A stretch of DNA of 64,000 nucleotides. Origin: Schizochytrium sp. TIO01. Lineage: Eukaryota > Protista > Bigyra: Labyrinthulomycetes. The notes under the pieces are model-generated. The model saw nothing but the letters and a program-made list of their open reading frames with translations. It had not been told where the DNA came from and searched no databases. The stretch is from positions 806,001 through 870,000 of the forward strand of contig SMSO01000032.1 of assembly GCA_004764695.1 (NCBI GenBank), in the 5' to 3' direction. Below are positions 13,602 to 25,144 of the stretch, piece after piece. Made by a program: the position numbers and the translations under genes. Position 1 is the stretch's first letter. Every line of letters begins with the position of its first letter.

Positions 13602-15750
13602 GAGATAAGAAGGAAGCAAGCAGCCCGCAGGTTTTCTCAGCGCTTTGCTTGCTTTTCTATCATCTAATGGCATCGTGTCGTGGAACGTCGAAGGCGATGA
13701 AGAACTGCAGAACGAGCGGAAAGGGCGTGGGCTTGGCCATATCTGGATTTCCCAGCCTCACGTCAGTCGAAGTTCAGGATGTCACGGCTGGCAAGAACTG
13801 AGATGGCCGAGCGAGTGTTAGAGAAGTGAATGGCTGGGATATGTTCAGGTTGTTGGGAATCGCTACAGGGAATCGGGGTTAGTTGGCCTGCAGCTCAGCA
13901 AGCACAAACGAAGTACTGAAGCAGGGCCTGAAGAACTTCATGCATGGATCATTAGCCGATGGATTTGAAGATTAATAAGCGTGGTGACTCCAACGAACTC
14001 GAAACGTGAAGAAGAAGCCAGTGGTGGGGCTAGCGTCTGCTTGCTTCTTTCTCTTGCTTCGAGTAGGTACGGGTTTTCGCTCATCAATGACGATGGTGGA
14101 CTTGCGAAAGTTGACTCCTTCGAATTGATTCATCGACTGATTCAAGCTGTAAATGGAACAGCCGAGACTACGAGGTAATACTGACGAAGATCTCGGGTGT
14201 GGCCTTGCTGGCAGACTTGGATTCGCTGAGGACAGAATACAATAGCTAGGAAACCTGCGGAAGCAAGCACTGCCTACGTGCATGCGTGCCTACGTGCGTG
14301 CCTGAGGGTGACCCTTATCCTTATCTATATCGTCGCTGGCTGGTTGCCGGATCGTCATCGAGTTCCCTACACAAGTTGACAAATGGAAGATCATGGACTA
14401 TTTATAGATCGAGACAAGCGCTTTGCAAAGCTTATGACTCTCGTTGCAGCGGTACATGCATTATCCAAGGAGAAGCTCGTGAACGAACCTTGGAAAATGG
14501 ATTCTCAACTCGTCGCAAGTTTGGCTCTTGGGTCAGACAGAGCCTTACCTTGCAGATGAATTACAGCAGCCAGCAAGGGAGAGGAGCTCATTGGCCCACA
14601 AGATGGGCCAGATGCTGGCGGACTCCGAGTTCTCCGAATTGCTTCGTACTTGGTAGAAACGAAACGAGATGAAATGAAACTCCTCATACCCGTAATAATT
14701 AGATAGAGAGATATCTCTATGAGTTAGACATAGTAGCCATTAGCTATGGAAGCTAGGACACAAATAGGATTTCTTAAAGTGGTCGAGAGAAGCCGTGAGA
14801 AAGACTTTGGAGAACGAGGAACGAAGAAAGAACGTGTTGGAGGCTTGATATTTTGGCGTTCTAGCAGTGAGTCACATTTAAGGAGAAGCTGTTTGGCGAA
14901 GGGCACCACTACCTGAGAGGGCTGGCCTAGGTAGTACTCGCATTTTTTTCCAATGGCTGCGATGTGAGCGAAGATATATTCTACACGGATCACAATTTGA
15001 TCAAACTTAAGTCCCTGGGGTTTGCTGCAGCACCTATCATCATGTGGAGCTTTTGCAAACGTGTTTGTATAGCTTCAAGTACTTCAAACATTGCGACAAA
15101 TATGAGGTCGAGTTCCTGAGTCGTACATTGTCTTGTGGATCCGGAAAAAATTTAATAATGTTTTTTAAAAGCCAAAGTTGGTACAGTTATCGGATTGATG
15201 ATCCTTCTCGCTCAACGCAGGCTGGAGCAAGGGTAGGGTTTTGTAGAGAGGAGTCAAGCCGTCAAAGTTCGCAATAATAGCTGCCAATCCATGCTTCTAG
15301 CCAGTGTTTTGTGTTCTCTTTATAGGCGCTACTTCCTAGTAAATTAGACAAAGCATGGTTGTGTCCGCCGTAGGGACTACCACTTCCAAAGAGAAAAATC
15401 ATTCCGTACTACCTTGAACTACTACGAACTCCAAAATTGTGTCCCGAAAGCGCCGGGGAACAAGGAAGAGTCGAATTTTCACGTGCAGGAAAGATGGAGA
15501 GTAGGTATAGGTATTGTACCTGATGCACAAACTTCAAAATCTACCAACTTAGTGGTGAGAAATAGGGCATCGGACAGAGATGATCATTTCTATAAAATAA
15601 CCAGAGCATCATGACGAGTCGATGATAGATAACCTACTGGTTTAGTTTTCTTGCTTGGTGAGCTTTCCTGGACAGGAGTGAACAAGAAAGAGGAACACAA
15701 TGTAGGAAGATTACCTTATAAATATGAGTTTTGTAAAGTCATGCGAACCA

Positions 15751-18700
15751 TTACGAAATAGACCTCGAGATATCATATTCGGCATCTCGGTGGCCATTCC
15801 GCTGGCGTAATCGCTGCATGGAGTGAACTCTGAGTTCAGCACGAACTGTGTCATATCTATTGGCAAGCTCCTCTCGTCCGTAAAAATCAGGTGTTCTTAC
15901 ATTTTGGGCTGGCCAACCAGCGATACTCTCGTCTACCCGTAAATCTGGCATTTCAAACATGTCTCTTAGCTTTTCAACATCTTCATGAGGTAACAAATGC
16001 ACAGTCTGGCCATCTTGTCCCAAAGGCAGAAGGAGATCCTGGATAGGTACACCCTCGATGTCAGCTTCTTCAGCTTCCTGGTGCTCATGTGTATAGGCCT
16101 CTATTGAATACAGGCATCGAGAATACTTAAATCGATTATCGGTATTCACGCGTTGTGCGACCATAGCCAGTTCTTTGAGATCATTCCCATATACAATATC
16201 TGCAAGAGGTTCGTGATCTAGGAAAGACTCTTCAGGATTTTGAGGCCACCACTGTTTAGCATACCCTTCACTAGAGCCAACAGCGCCGTGGTCACAGAGT
16301 CCGCTATCGCTTTCTCCCCATGCACGATAACCAATTGGAGGCGCAAACGCTTTGTGCAGATTCAGCTTTTCACCAATGACATTTTCGGAAGGATAGTAGA
16401 ACTCCTGGTCAACATCACTACGACTGACCCATGGAAACCATTTTTCGTGGGACCTGCTGCCTGCTTCTTCCTCGATTATACGAGTTACAATCACACCGTC
16501 CCCAGTTGAAACTACTTTGCAGCCTCCATCCGCAATAAAATGTATAGCTGCTTTCAAAGCACATAAGCTCCGACGCTCGCGACCGCTAAGCCTTCTAACA
16601 CTTCCCCCCCTTTGACCTGTAAAAAAATTTCGATGCCAGCCCCCTGATTCAAATGATGTCACTTGGTCCCAAATCTCTCTCCAATGCAACCTGTGCTCCG
16701 GTTTCCACTCTGTATGGTTTATAGCCATGCTTGTTCCTGGAAGTCCAAAGGTTTCCATCTCCTCAAGCTTTGAAGGCACAGACCCAGACACCTTATTAAA
16801 ATGGTTTTTTTCCCCTAAACAGTTATGCAGCTTTGCTGCGAATTTGCATAAACGGGTTCGTGTTAATGGAACTGGAATGAAGTTGCAGCATGTGCACAGC
16901 CTGATAAGCAATCTATTCCTATTTGACGTCGGGGTAAACGTTTGGACAAGAGGAAGTTTAATTGAGCCTGGATGCTGAATGCATGTACATTCACCACACT
17001 GATCTGTAAGCCACCTGCCGTGCTCGCAATGCGAGCAATCAAAACAAGGCCAGTAGTCACCATTCTCGTCAAGATTGTTTTCAGTGGCCTCCTGCGTCGC
17101 TTGTCTTCTCTTGCCATGAAGCTTGCACCAACAGTACTCACAACCCTCAAGGGGTATGTCGTGTCGACACCAGTTTTGACAGAGACTGCAACGATCGTTC
17201 TCGGTTGGGCCTTCGCCAGTATTGAACGCATGACCACAATGTGGACACTTACAATAACGGCAATGTTCTGTTCGAAGCATGTCGTGCTGGCAATAGAGAC
17301 AACTGTGGCAAGGCCATAGTGTGCCATTGTCGTCAAAATCTAAATCATCGCTCCCGGTTGCAGGAATGCGTTTTTCGTCATGATCCCAACACCAACAGAT
17401 GTCACATTCCTGAGGGTCTCTATCATGACGGCACCAGCCTTTACAAATACTGCAACGATCACTCTCAGTTGGACCCTCGTCTTCATGAAACTCATAATCA
17501 CAATGAGGACATTTGCAATAGCGGCAAGGTTCAGAACGAGGCGTGTCATGTATACAGTATTTACAATCGTGACAAGGCCATGGTGTCCCATCGTAATTGA
17601 ATTCTTCATCCTCGTGACCAGTATCTGGCACACGTATCAAGTTATGTAGTGAACACCAGCAGATTTCGCAGGAAGTACGCTCCATTCGGTGCTGACACCA
17701 ATTGGCACAAAACCTGCATCGCCCACGGGAATCTGCTGTTTCGCCCTCAAGAAAACTATGTCCACAGTATGCACATGCGCAAAGAGAGCAAAACCCCCCA
17801 GCACAAGATGGCCTCAACTCGCACAGCCGCATCTCATGTTTTATGCAATAGCAATCTTCGCAATCAAAGATTACTCGGTTTTCATGTCCGGGGCACAAAC
17901 ATGCATCTGTGCAGAGAAGGCATTTCCCATCATTTCTTTTGAGATTTCCAACCCTGCCAAGGTTCACGGCGCGGCTGTGTAGCGAGCAAAAGTGTTGGTG
18001 ACACTTTATACGTTGTGGAACTTTGTTGACAGCGTCAACTTCAGCGTTTGTATCCTGCTCAACAAGTTGAATACAATCAGGACACGGGTCTTCGCAAGCT
18101 GAGCATTTGCCACTCAACTTATATTCATTGTGGAAAAGACATTTGTGCTTGAACGAACATGTCATGCTATTTTGTTTCTTTCCAAATGGACACATTTCAC
18201 AAGGGTCGGCACAGACTGGGCAAGACAACGAATCTTGTGTAAGGTCTATGCCGCCATCCTGGTAGATGCTCATGTCCGTCTTCGTACTCCTATGTTGAGA
18301 ATCATAGCACCAGTGAATACCTAGCTCAAAGCATTCAAATCTAGTGGGGTATCTTTGCAGGGCATCTACTTGATGATATGGACAACCCCCACCTTCACAA
18401 ACCTCACACTGCCCTTGACAAGCCTCTAATTTCTCGCGCTGGTGTTCTATGCACCAATGCTTCCTACACATTGTACGCGGCAAGAGAAGGATGGGATCTT
18501 CTCCTTCTCTCTGACACTCTCTGCAAGGATCTCTGCACACAATACATTTCGAGTCCTCTTCTTTGTCTCTTCCGCCTAAGTCGCTACGTCGATGCGTTTT
18601 ACACCAATGTTGTTGACATTCTTCCTCCCAGCGTGTTTGACTTGCATTTTCAGCTTTACAGGATGCACACCCATGTTGGCAATGAATGCACTGCTTGCCA

Positions 18701-21700
18701 TAGTGAATACTACCAGTCTCTAGATAATCTGAGCATGTTTCACATGGATCGTGCGACTTAGGGTAATCGTGTTCGTTACACCAGCACAACATGCAATTTC
18801 GCTTCTTCGACTGATGCTCGCAACAACACATTGGGCAATGTCCTTCCTCATCTAGCCTTATCTGAGATCCGTGGTTCACATCGCAGTAGCATTTGCGACA
18901 TCCACGCAGAGTTTTCCCATCTTCTTCTACACCTTCTTGACGTTGCTGCATATGCACGGAACACCAACACTCGGTGCATTCAACCTTGGCTTTTTGCATA
19001 TGCTTTGGACATGGAGATGTGCAAACTAGACATGTTTTGGTTCCCCCGATCCAATGTTGGCATCCAATTTGACAAATACCTCCACAATTCAATGGATTTC
19101 GTACGTTATTATCAGCTTCTGACATATCCTCAACGTCTTCAAACCCATCTATATTTTTACTTTTTGATTGGTTGATTGAATACAAACATATCATGCAACA
19201 AGGCTTCGCATCTGGGTCATAGTCTTTCTCTCGATTGTGAGCTTCACAATAGCAACGCGAACAGTTCTTTAGCACCCAGCCACAGTCACACAGTGTACCA
19301 GGCTCGCCCTCACAACCTGGACATATCAGCTCGTAGGGGGGAACAATATCAGCATGAAATCTATGCTTCCTGCAGTAGTGTTGTAAGCACCATTTCCAAA
19401 ATCGATAGCGATGCAACCTAGCACATTGATCACAATGGCCAGGCAAATAGAACAGAAGATTCTTCCAAGTACTCCAACACACCCTCACGAGTGACAACTT
19501 TAACAGATATAACAGCAGAAGAAACCCTATAATAACTAACTCTACACCAATGATGACGAAACCTGTCAATCCAACAATGCTATAAAGTGCAGTGGCAACA
19601 AATAAACCACTAATCCCTCCGAGACATGAGATAGAAACTTCAATCAGAACACTCAACACGAACGTGCTTAAATCAAGTGCTATAATGACAAACTTCTCAA
19701 TAAACCTCATTCCCTTGTATGCTATCATTCTCAGCCGAAAGCAAGCTTCAGTTGAATCACTTCTTTGTAAAGTAGAAACTGAACTTTCGGAAGCAAAAGA
19801 GGCAGCGCTCTGACGCTCTGACTGCATGTCTTTCTTCTGGCGCTTGCATCGTAAAACACGATCTAGACAAGTTAGTTCACCAGTAGATGAATTCGTCAAC
19901 ATATCTGATTCCAAAGTATCAATAGCCATTACTGTTTGATGTTGTGTACTTCTAGCTGAGGACAGTCTGGCACAACTGCCCTTCCAAGTGCTCCGCCTAG
20001 AACTGCCAGTCTTCATGCTTCGACTTGAAGATGCAGTATCTCCTCCCTTTAGATCATTCCACCAGAGAATATTCCATAGGCCATACAAGGGTGCCTTGGA
20101 GTCGCATCTGCTGCCTCTGCTTCGACAAGTCACACTCAGATTCTCACGATCTGCTTGGGTTCTGGACTTTCCCTCCGTGCCACCTCGCAATAATTCTCGC
20201 AACACCTGAAATAGAAAAACGCTCCGACTGAATAAAGACTTTGTTAGAATCAAGAGATTGTCAAAGAGCTGTGTGTACCAAAATATCAGGTTCTTTCGGG
20301 CATTCTTCAATCCGTACTTGATAAATTCTGGTGTAAACTTCCATCGAATCGAAGACCTTGAGTAACAATAGAATAGAAACCAGGCTATCATTCCAAAAAG
20401 GAAGACAACAGGGCTCCAAAGCACCATGAAGACATATTTTGGTAACGTTGTTTTTGCTTCGCATAGCTGCATCTGCGCTGCCATGCGGCCCCACTGAGTA
20501 GTGTAGGTGTTGTTGAAGACATCATCTAGTACAGATAAAATATATGCAGGCCCCCCGTGCGCTTCATTTGATTCTTCGATGGCTCTGAGGATACTACTCA
20601 TATTTTCCCATGAAACACAAGTCCCCGCTAAAGACGCGCTACTATAACCAGTAGAACTTGAGAGACGATCGCACGCGTTTTCGATATTCTCTGGGGGATT
20701 CGAGTCCCGTTTTAACTGTATAAGAAGTACTACACCCATAGCCAAACTGTATAATACGACTACAAAAGCAAATATGGACAGACAATATGCTCGACATTCG
20801 TTTTTAATAAGCGTCCCGGCAAAGATTTTGGTTAAGCATTCTTTTTCTTCATTAGACAGCATCGGGAATTCTTCATCGTTTTCAGATTTCTCTGGAGATG
20901 GGGAATTCCGGAAGAAACCCCGCATTTGATTAAAACTCCGATAACCTTGTTTTTTCACCCTTTGTATCAAAAAAACCGTGTCGCTGCTTTCCATACTCCG
21001 CACGTGCTCCATCACAGCTAGACTTCGCTTGATAGGGATATCGTTCTTGTTATTTTTCTCCTGCTCCAGGCGTGCACTTCTTGATATCAAGCTTGAACGT
21101 GCAGAGACACTCTCTCGAAATTCCAGTTTCACCGAGTGGGAACTATCTTGCTCCACACTGTTGCGTCTGTTCTTTTCATCAGCATGTTCTAACGACTCTA
21201 GAATTCTTTTCTCCACCTCTGCCTTGAGTTTTTTTATTTTGGCTTCATTTCTGCGAAAGTGACGTTCTATCTGAGCTCTATCTTGATAAACCTGCTCTCG
21301 GTTATTTTTCACTTGGGAACAATGATTGGGTATTTCATTTTCACTGAAGATAGTTTTTTCAATGATGGCTTTAACCTTGTTCAAGTCGGATTTAGGGTCC
21401 TTTTCAGATATCCCCGCCTGTGAGTTTTTGCGGATGTAGTCCTGCAGTTTTGGATATTTTGAGCTGGAATTTACTTTGAACTCTAACAGTACACTAAATG
21501 TAGCATTGTAGACCAATTTCATATAGCGTTGGAATTGAAACTCATGGTACTTTTCGCCGAGTAGACCTAGACAGCGCAGTACTAGAAAGAAGAGAAGTAC
21601 AAAAAAAAACATAATGGTTTGAGTCTCACGATCAAAACAACCGAATCTCTGGTCAAATGCGGTCTGAAACGGTGGAAGGTTATTTCCGGTGGTATTGATG

Positions 21701-22395
21701 CCTCTAAAAACGTATGTTGCAAAGTCATGAGGTTGCAAAACTGGACTTAGCTCAAGAACCTCGTTTAACGCTGTTAATTCCCTGCATTGCTGAAGCCAGA
21801 GAAACTTGGTGCCAGAGGCCAATGCGATTGCTCCAAGAGAGGGACATGTGGTATTCTCGACTACCTGACCACTGCAGGTGCTAGAGCTCCTCATTTTTGA
21901 CCATGCCCAGCAGCAAAATCCGAAATACAGTGAGCATAAACTGATGGAGAAAATAATCGATATCTTCTGTCGGGGCTTCTCAAATTCCCAATTCCCCATA
22001 TTCAAATATTTAATACTTTGCGCAGAATAAGTTGTAACATTCCAATCTCGAGAGCCATTGTCATATGTAGATACATCTCCAAGATGGTTTGACATTTCAT
22101 TTTCAGAGTGGCAATTTAAGAATCGTGGCTGCTGCGAGTCGCCGATGAAGTTAGACCATGAAGGGCGCCTACTTGTATAGCGGTTGGGCATACATGTATT
22201 CTCATTATTGGTCTGCGAGTCTTCTTCATCCATTTCGTATGGATATTGAGAATGGACGAAAGTTGAAACTTCTACAGTACTATGGGTGATGGGTGGTTCA
22301 TCATCAGCGCTATCGAATGTCTCCATCTGGTTGCTTGAATGAAACCCAACCTGATCATACCTGGGTGCAGCGCTCCCTTTGCTCTTTCGCCTCAT
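15751..22395 (-). CDS. Giant multipass membrane protein with Cys/His-rich putative zinc-binding repeat array (paralogue A), about 2214 aa, family unrecognised
   Basis: Uninterrupted 6.6-kb ORF. The first ATG is at 22395 (MRRKSKG); the track's 22476 start is a GTG. Four hydrophobic segments plus a long hydrophobic hairpin, then many C-x2-[CH]-[WYF]-C-x2-H units. Colinear similarity to 25145..31493. Confidence 0.88.
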   Translation of the reverse strand: MRRKSKGSAAPRYDQVGFHSSNQMETFDSADDEPPITHSTVEVSTFVHSQYPYEMDEEDSQTNNENTCMPNRYTSRRPSWSNFIGDSQQPRFLNCHSENEMSNHLGDVSTYDNGSRDWNVTTYSAQSIKYLNMGNWEFEKPRQKISIIFSISLCSLYFGFCCWAWSKMRSSSTCSGQVVENTTCPSLGAIALASGTKFLWLQQCRELTALNEVLELSPVLQPHDFATYVFRGINTTGNNLPPFQTAFDQRFGCFDRETQTIMFFFVLLFFLVLRCLGLLGEKYHEFQFQRYMKLVYNATFSVLLEFKVNSSSKYPKLQDYIRKNSQAGISEKDPKSDLNKVKAIIEKTIFSENEIPNHCSQVKNNREQVYQDRAQIERHFRRNEAKIKKLKAEVEKRILESLEHADEKNRRNSVEQDSSHSVKLEFRESVSARSSLISRSARLEQEKNNKNDIPIKRSLAVMEHVRSMESSDTVFLIQRVKKQGYRSFNQMRGFFRNSPSPEKSENDEEFPMLSNEEKECLTKIFAGTLIKNECRAYCLSIFAFVVVLYSLAMGVVLLIQLKRDSNPPENIENACDRLSSSTGYSSASLAGTCVSWENMSSILRAIEESNEAHGGPAYILSVLDDVFNNTYTTQWGRMAAQMQLCEAKTTLPKYVFMVLWSPVVFLFGMIAWFLFYCYSRSSIRWKFTPEFIKYGLKNARKNLIFWYTQLFDNLLILTKSLFSRSVFLFQVLRELLRGGTEGKSRTQADRENLSVTCRSRGSRCDSKAPLYGLWNILWWNDLKGGDTASSSRSMKTGSSRRSTWKGSCARLSSARSTQHQTVMAIDTLESDMLTNSSTGELTCLDRVLRCKRQKKDMQSERQSAASFASESSVSTLQRSDSTEACFRLRMIAYKGMRFIEKFVIIALDLSTFVLSVLIEVSISCLGGISGLFVATALYSIVGLTGFVIIGVELVIIGFLLLLYLLKLSLVRVCWSTWKNLLFYLPGHCDQCARLHRYRFWKWCLQHYCRKHRFHADIVPPYELICPGCEGEPGTLCDCGWVLKNCSRCYCEAHNREKDYDPDAKPCCMICLYSINQSKSKNIDGFEDVEDMSEADNNVRNPLNCGGICQIGCQHWIGGTKTCLVCTSPCPKHMQKAKVECTECWCSVHMQQRQEGVEEDGKTLRGCRKCYCDVNHGSQIRLDEEGHCPMCCCEHQSKKRNCMLCWCNEHDYPKSHDPCETCSDYLETGSIHYGKQCIHCQHGCASCKAENASQTRWEEECQQHWCKTHRRSDLGGRDKEEDSKCIVCRDPCRECQREGEDPILLLPRTMCRKHWCIEHQREKLEACQGQCEVCEGGGCPYHQVDALQRYPTRFECFELGIHWCYDSQHRSTKTDMSIYQDGGIDLTQDSLSCPVCADPCEMCPFGKKQNSMTCSFKHKCLFHNEYKLSGKCSACEDPCPDCIQLVEQDTNAEVDAVNKVPQRIKCHQHFCSLHSRAVNLGRVGNLKRNDGKCLLCTDACLCPGHENRVIFDCEDCYCIKHEMRLCELRPSCAGGFCSLCACAYCGHSFLEGETADSRGRCRFCANWCQHRMERTSCEICWCSLHNLIRVPDTGHEDEEFNYDGTPWPCHDCKYCIHDTPRSEPCRYCKCPHCDYEFHEDEGPTESDRCSICKGWCRHDRDPQECDICWCWDHDEKRIPATGSDDLDFDDNGTLWPCHSCLYCQHDMLRTEHCRYCKCPHCGHAFNTGEGPTENDRCSLCQNWCRHDIPLEGCEYCWCKLHGKRRQATQEATENNLDENGDYWPCFDCSHCEHGRWLTDQCGECTCIQHPGSIKLPLVQTFTPTSNRNRLLIRLCTCCNFIPVPLTRTRLCKFAAKLHNCLGEKNHFNKVSGSVPSKLEEMETFGLPGTSMAINHTEWKPEHRLHWREIWDQVTSFESGGWHRNFFTGQRGGSVRRLSGRERRSLCALKAAIHFIADGGCKVVSTGDGVIVTRIIEEEAGSRSHEKWFPWVSRSDVDQEFYYPSENVIGEKLNLHKAFAPPIGYRAWGESDSGLCDHGAVGSSEGYAKQWWPQNPEESFLDHEPLADIVYGNDLKELAMVAQRVNTDNRFKYSRCLYSIEAYTHEHQEAEEADIEGVPIQDLLLPLGQDGQTVHLLPHEDVEKLRDMFEMPDLRVDESIAGWPAQNVRTPDFYGREELANRYDTVRAELRVHSMQRLRQRNGHRDAEYDISRSIS
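16981..17775 (-). repeat. Three tandem 88-aa (264-nt) Cys/His repeats inside paralogue A
   Basis: Units start at 17775 (CAYCGHSF), 17511 (CPHCDYEF) and 17247 (CPHCGHAF). All share RCxxCxxWCxH...CxxCWCxxH...WPCxxCxxCxH. Confidence 0.9.
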
Positions 22396-25144
22396 TTTTA
22401 TACTGTTTAAAGCACAGGAACAAGAGTTGAAGGTGCTTGGTAGACCAAGAAGAAAATATCTTTCCACACGATACACAACAGGTAGACCAGCAGCCTTGAC
22501 ACTGCACTGCTAGTGAAGAGTTTTGTTGATCTATATTGTGTGAATATCAGATATACACAAGCTCGCAAGGCTCACCCACGCAATCTGTGTTAATATTTGT
22601 CTCTGGATCGTATCGGCACTAGACTGACTCAGTTATAATGAAAACGTATTTCTCTCAAAACGAGTTTGAACGTTTGCTTTTGCATTCAGTCGCTTCTTGA
22701 CAAAACTAGTACCTAATTCCTTTTAATACGCCTTTGCTATGTTGTGCCGTGTCAGTCTTGTTGGTGTTCTACTCACATAACTGGCATGGCTTCAATGTAT
22801 ATACAAGTTACCTCTAAAATCATGTTTTCTAGTAGTATAATTTCAAAGCCATTCTGGTAGCCCCCGTGCACTTGCTACTTCGCCCATAATGTAATATGGC
22901 CTTCCCACTTCCCTTCGCAAATGCAATGCAAATTTTGTATACTGAAGTAGATCGCACAGCGGTGCCGTGGTGTCATGATACATAGTATCGAACCAGCTAA
23001 CCCGTTGAATCTGAATAGTTTCCAAACTGTTCCTCTGGTTCTCCGTCTAGAGCTCAACCTCGAGTCGCCTTCGTGCTACTTGGCGGACGGCTCAGCCTGT
23101 CGGTATTCCACTCACACACTTCATCCGGGATACCCATCACCAATGTCACGGTGCAGTAAGATTTACCATTCATCATTTGTAGAAGTTACCTACCTACCTA
23201 CTACTTACTTACTTACTTACTTACTTACTTTCTCCCAAATGTATAGAACTCATACTATGCTTTACAATGAACATGCTGGAGTCTCGCGGTGCATAAAGCT
23301 TTCAATCAGCGGTGACCAAAGTATTTGCTCCTCACAGCTGTGCATAAGATCTTTTTGTAACTTGGAAGTAGGTATGTAGTACCCACTACCAAAAATAAAG
23401 TCCATTCAAGTAAATTGTCAAAGCAGTTTTAGAGCTGAGCACCTCGTGCGGCAATAGCGAGTCTCCCCAGCTCCTTACCAAGTTCAGAAAATTTCAAGTT
23501 CTAAACTTTTTTTATCAAATTTGTTCGCTTTGCGGAGCGGAAGGCGTCACATACTCAGAGTAGGCTGGGAAACAAAATAAAAGCAGACGTGGGGCCACCT
23601 TTGATAGAACTGGGGCCTGGAGGAGATGTCATTCCCATATTGAGTCTGAGTTTCTTCTTAGTGGGTATCAGATGGCCACGCAAAAGGCCGAGGGAAGATC
23701 CGTCATTTTGAAAGTTCTCTAGACCATTTACATCTTGAGTACCCACTAACCTACTCACCTATTCTACTTTTAACAAAGGGCACCAGAAGCTTCATTTGCA
23801 GCCTTAGCTATGTTTCGGCTGCAGGATTCGAGGTACGTAAACATCTGTTTAAAAGAAAAAGAATTTAGATGCTGCACGCGCTGATTTTGGCTCACAAAAA
23901 GTACTAGTACGCAGAGATATTGCATGATTGGTAGGGGGGGGGGGGTTATCTTTTTATTTGGGTGAACGCTGAAGTCAAAGCCAAAGTATCAAGGAGCTCG
24001 ACCGGTCTTCACCATAGAGTGAGTTTGAAGGCACTCAGCAATTACTAAGTAAGCTATCAGGAGCCATGGCTTCTTTCCCGAGCTGTCTGCAGTATCCTTC
24101 ACAAGATGAATGTTCAAAAATAAGCTCTTGAAATTGAGGTGAACACTCAAGTGTAAGCTTTAGCTTGTATCCTGCGGCCTGTACGGCAGCTCGACTGGCA
24201 CGAAGAATCAAAACGACATTAGATTGCGTTGCAATCATGCTATACATAATACGAGAGCAACTGCGGAGGGCCCTTTTAAAGTGGAAAGAAGCTTGCAGCG
24301 CTGGAAGAAAACAAAGAACAGACTTATGGTTCATGATGGAAAGAATATATGAAATTTGAGCCATACACATTTTATGGTGTCCTGGGGTGTCCTGTTGTTC
24401 AGGCTGCTGGAAGTTTGCTGAGATCGTGGATGGTAGAAGTGTGCACAGAGCACGTGCACGCTTGAATGCGCAAAAGCCTAATACAAACTCTGATGCATGA
24501 AATGTAACACGTTTCAAATCAACCTTGCAAGCAAATGAAATTGTCTTCGCATGCTGGGTCAGTGGGTGGGTCAGAGCTAGAAACATATTGCAGTTTATCT
24601 GTCCAAAAAGAAGAAAGATCTTCATCACTTTACTATTCAATGTACAAATGTATAGAACGTCAAAGTTAGTGACTTGGAGTATTAATTCTTGATGACCTGC
24701 AAAAGCTAGTGGTTTGAATCACCTACTAGGTACTACCAGAGCTGGTCGGGCCGGCCCATTCAGAGTTTTCTGTTTTCCCTCATGATTGCCGAGCTAACTA
24801 CAAAGCACTCCGACTACCCAGTTTAAGCGAGGTTAGAGTTCCTCCCCCCAGGTGCTTCTATTTACTTCAATTTTTTAGTTTTACCTCCATGGCTTGTTTC
24901 CAGACCTCTTTCTTTGTCAACCAGATACGGAAGGTCCGGAATTACGGATAAATAGCTATCTCTAAAACCATTTTGCCACTTTGCCTCAAGCTAGCTCTTT
25001 TCCATAATCAAATCTACATAATTCTCGTGCTCAAGCCAACTACCCGTCTACGGCTCTGTAAGAATTGACAGTTGTAGCTTTGGCCAGTACGAACTGAGCT
25101 CGCATTTCTTAAGATTTTTACGGCAGTTAATTATCCTGAAAGGC

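Noticed and set aside
24035-24640. 201-aa minus-strand ORF between the paralogues
   Set aside because: TTG start and no domain-like features; treated as a chance ORF.
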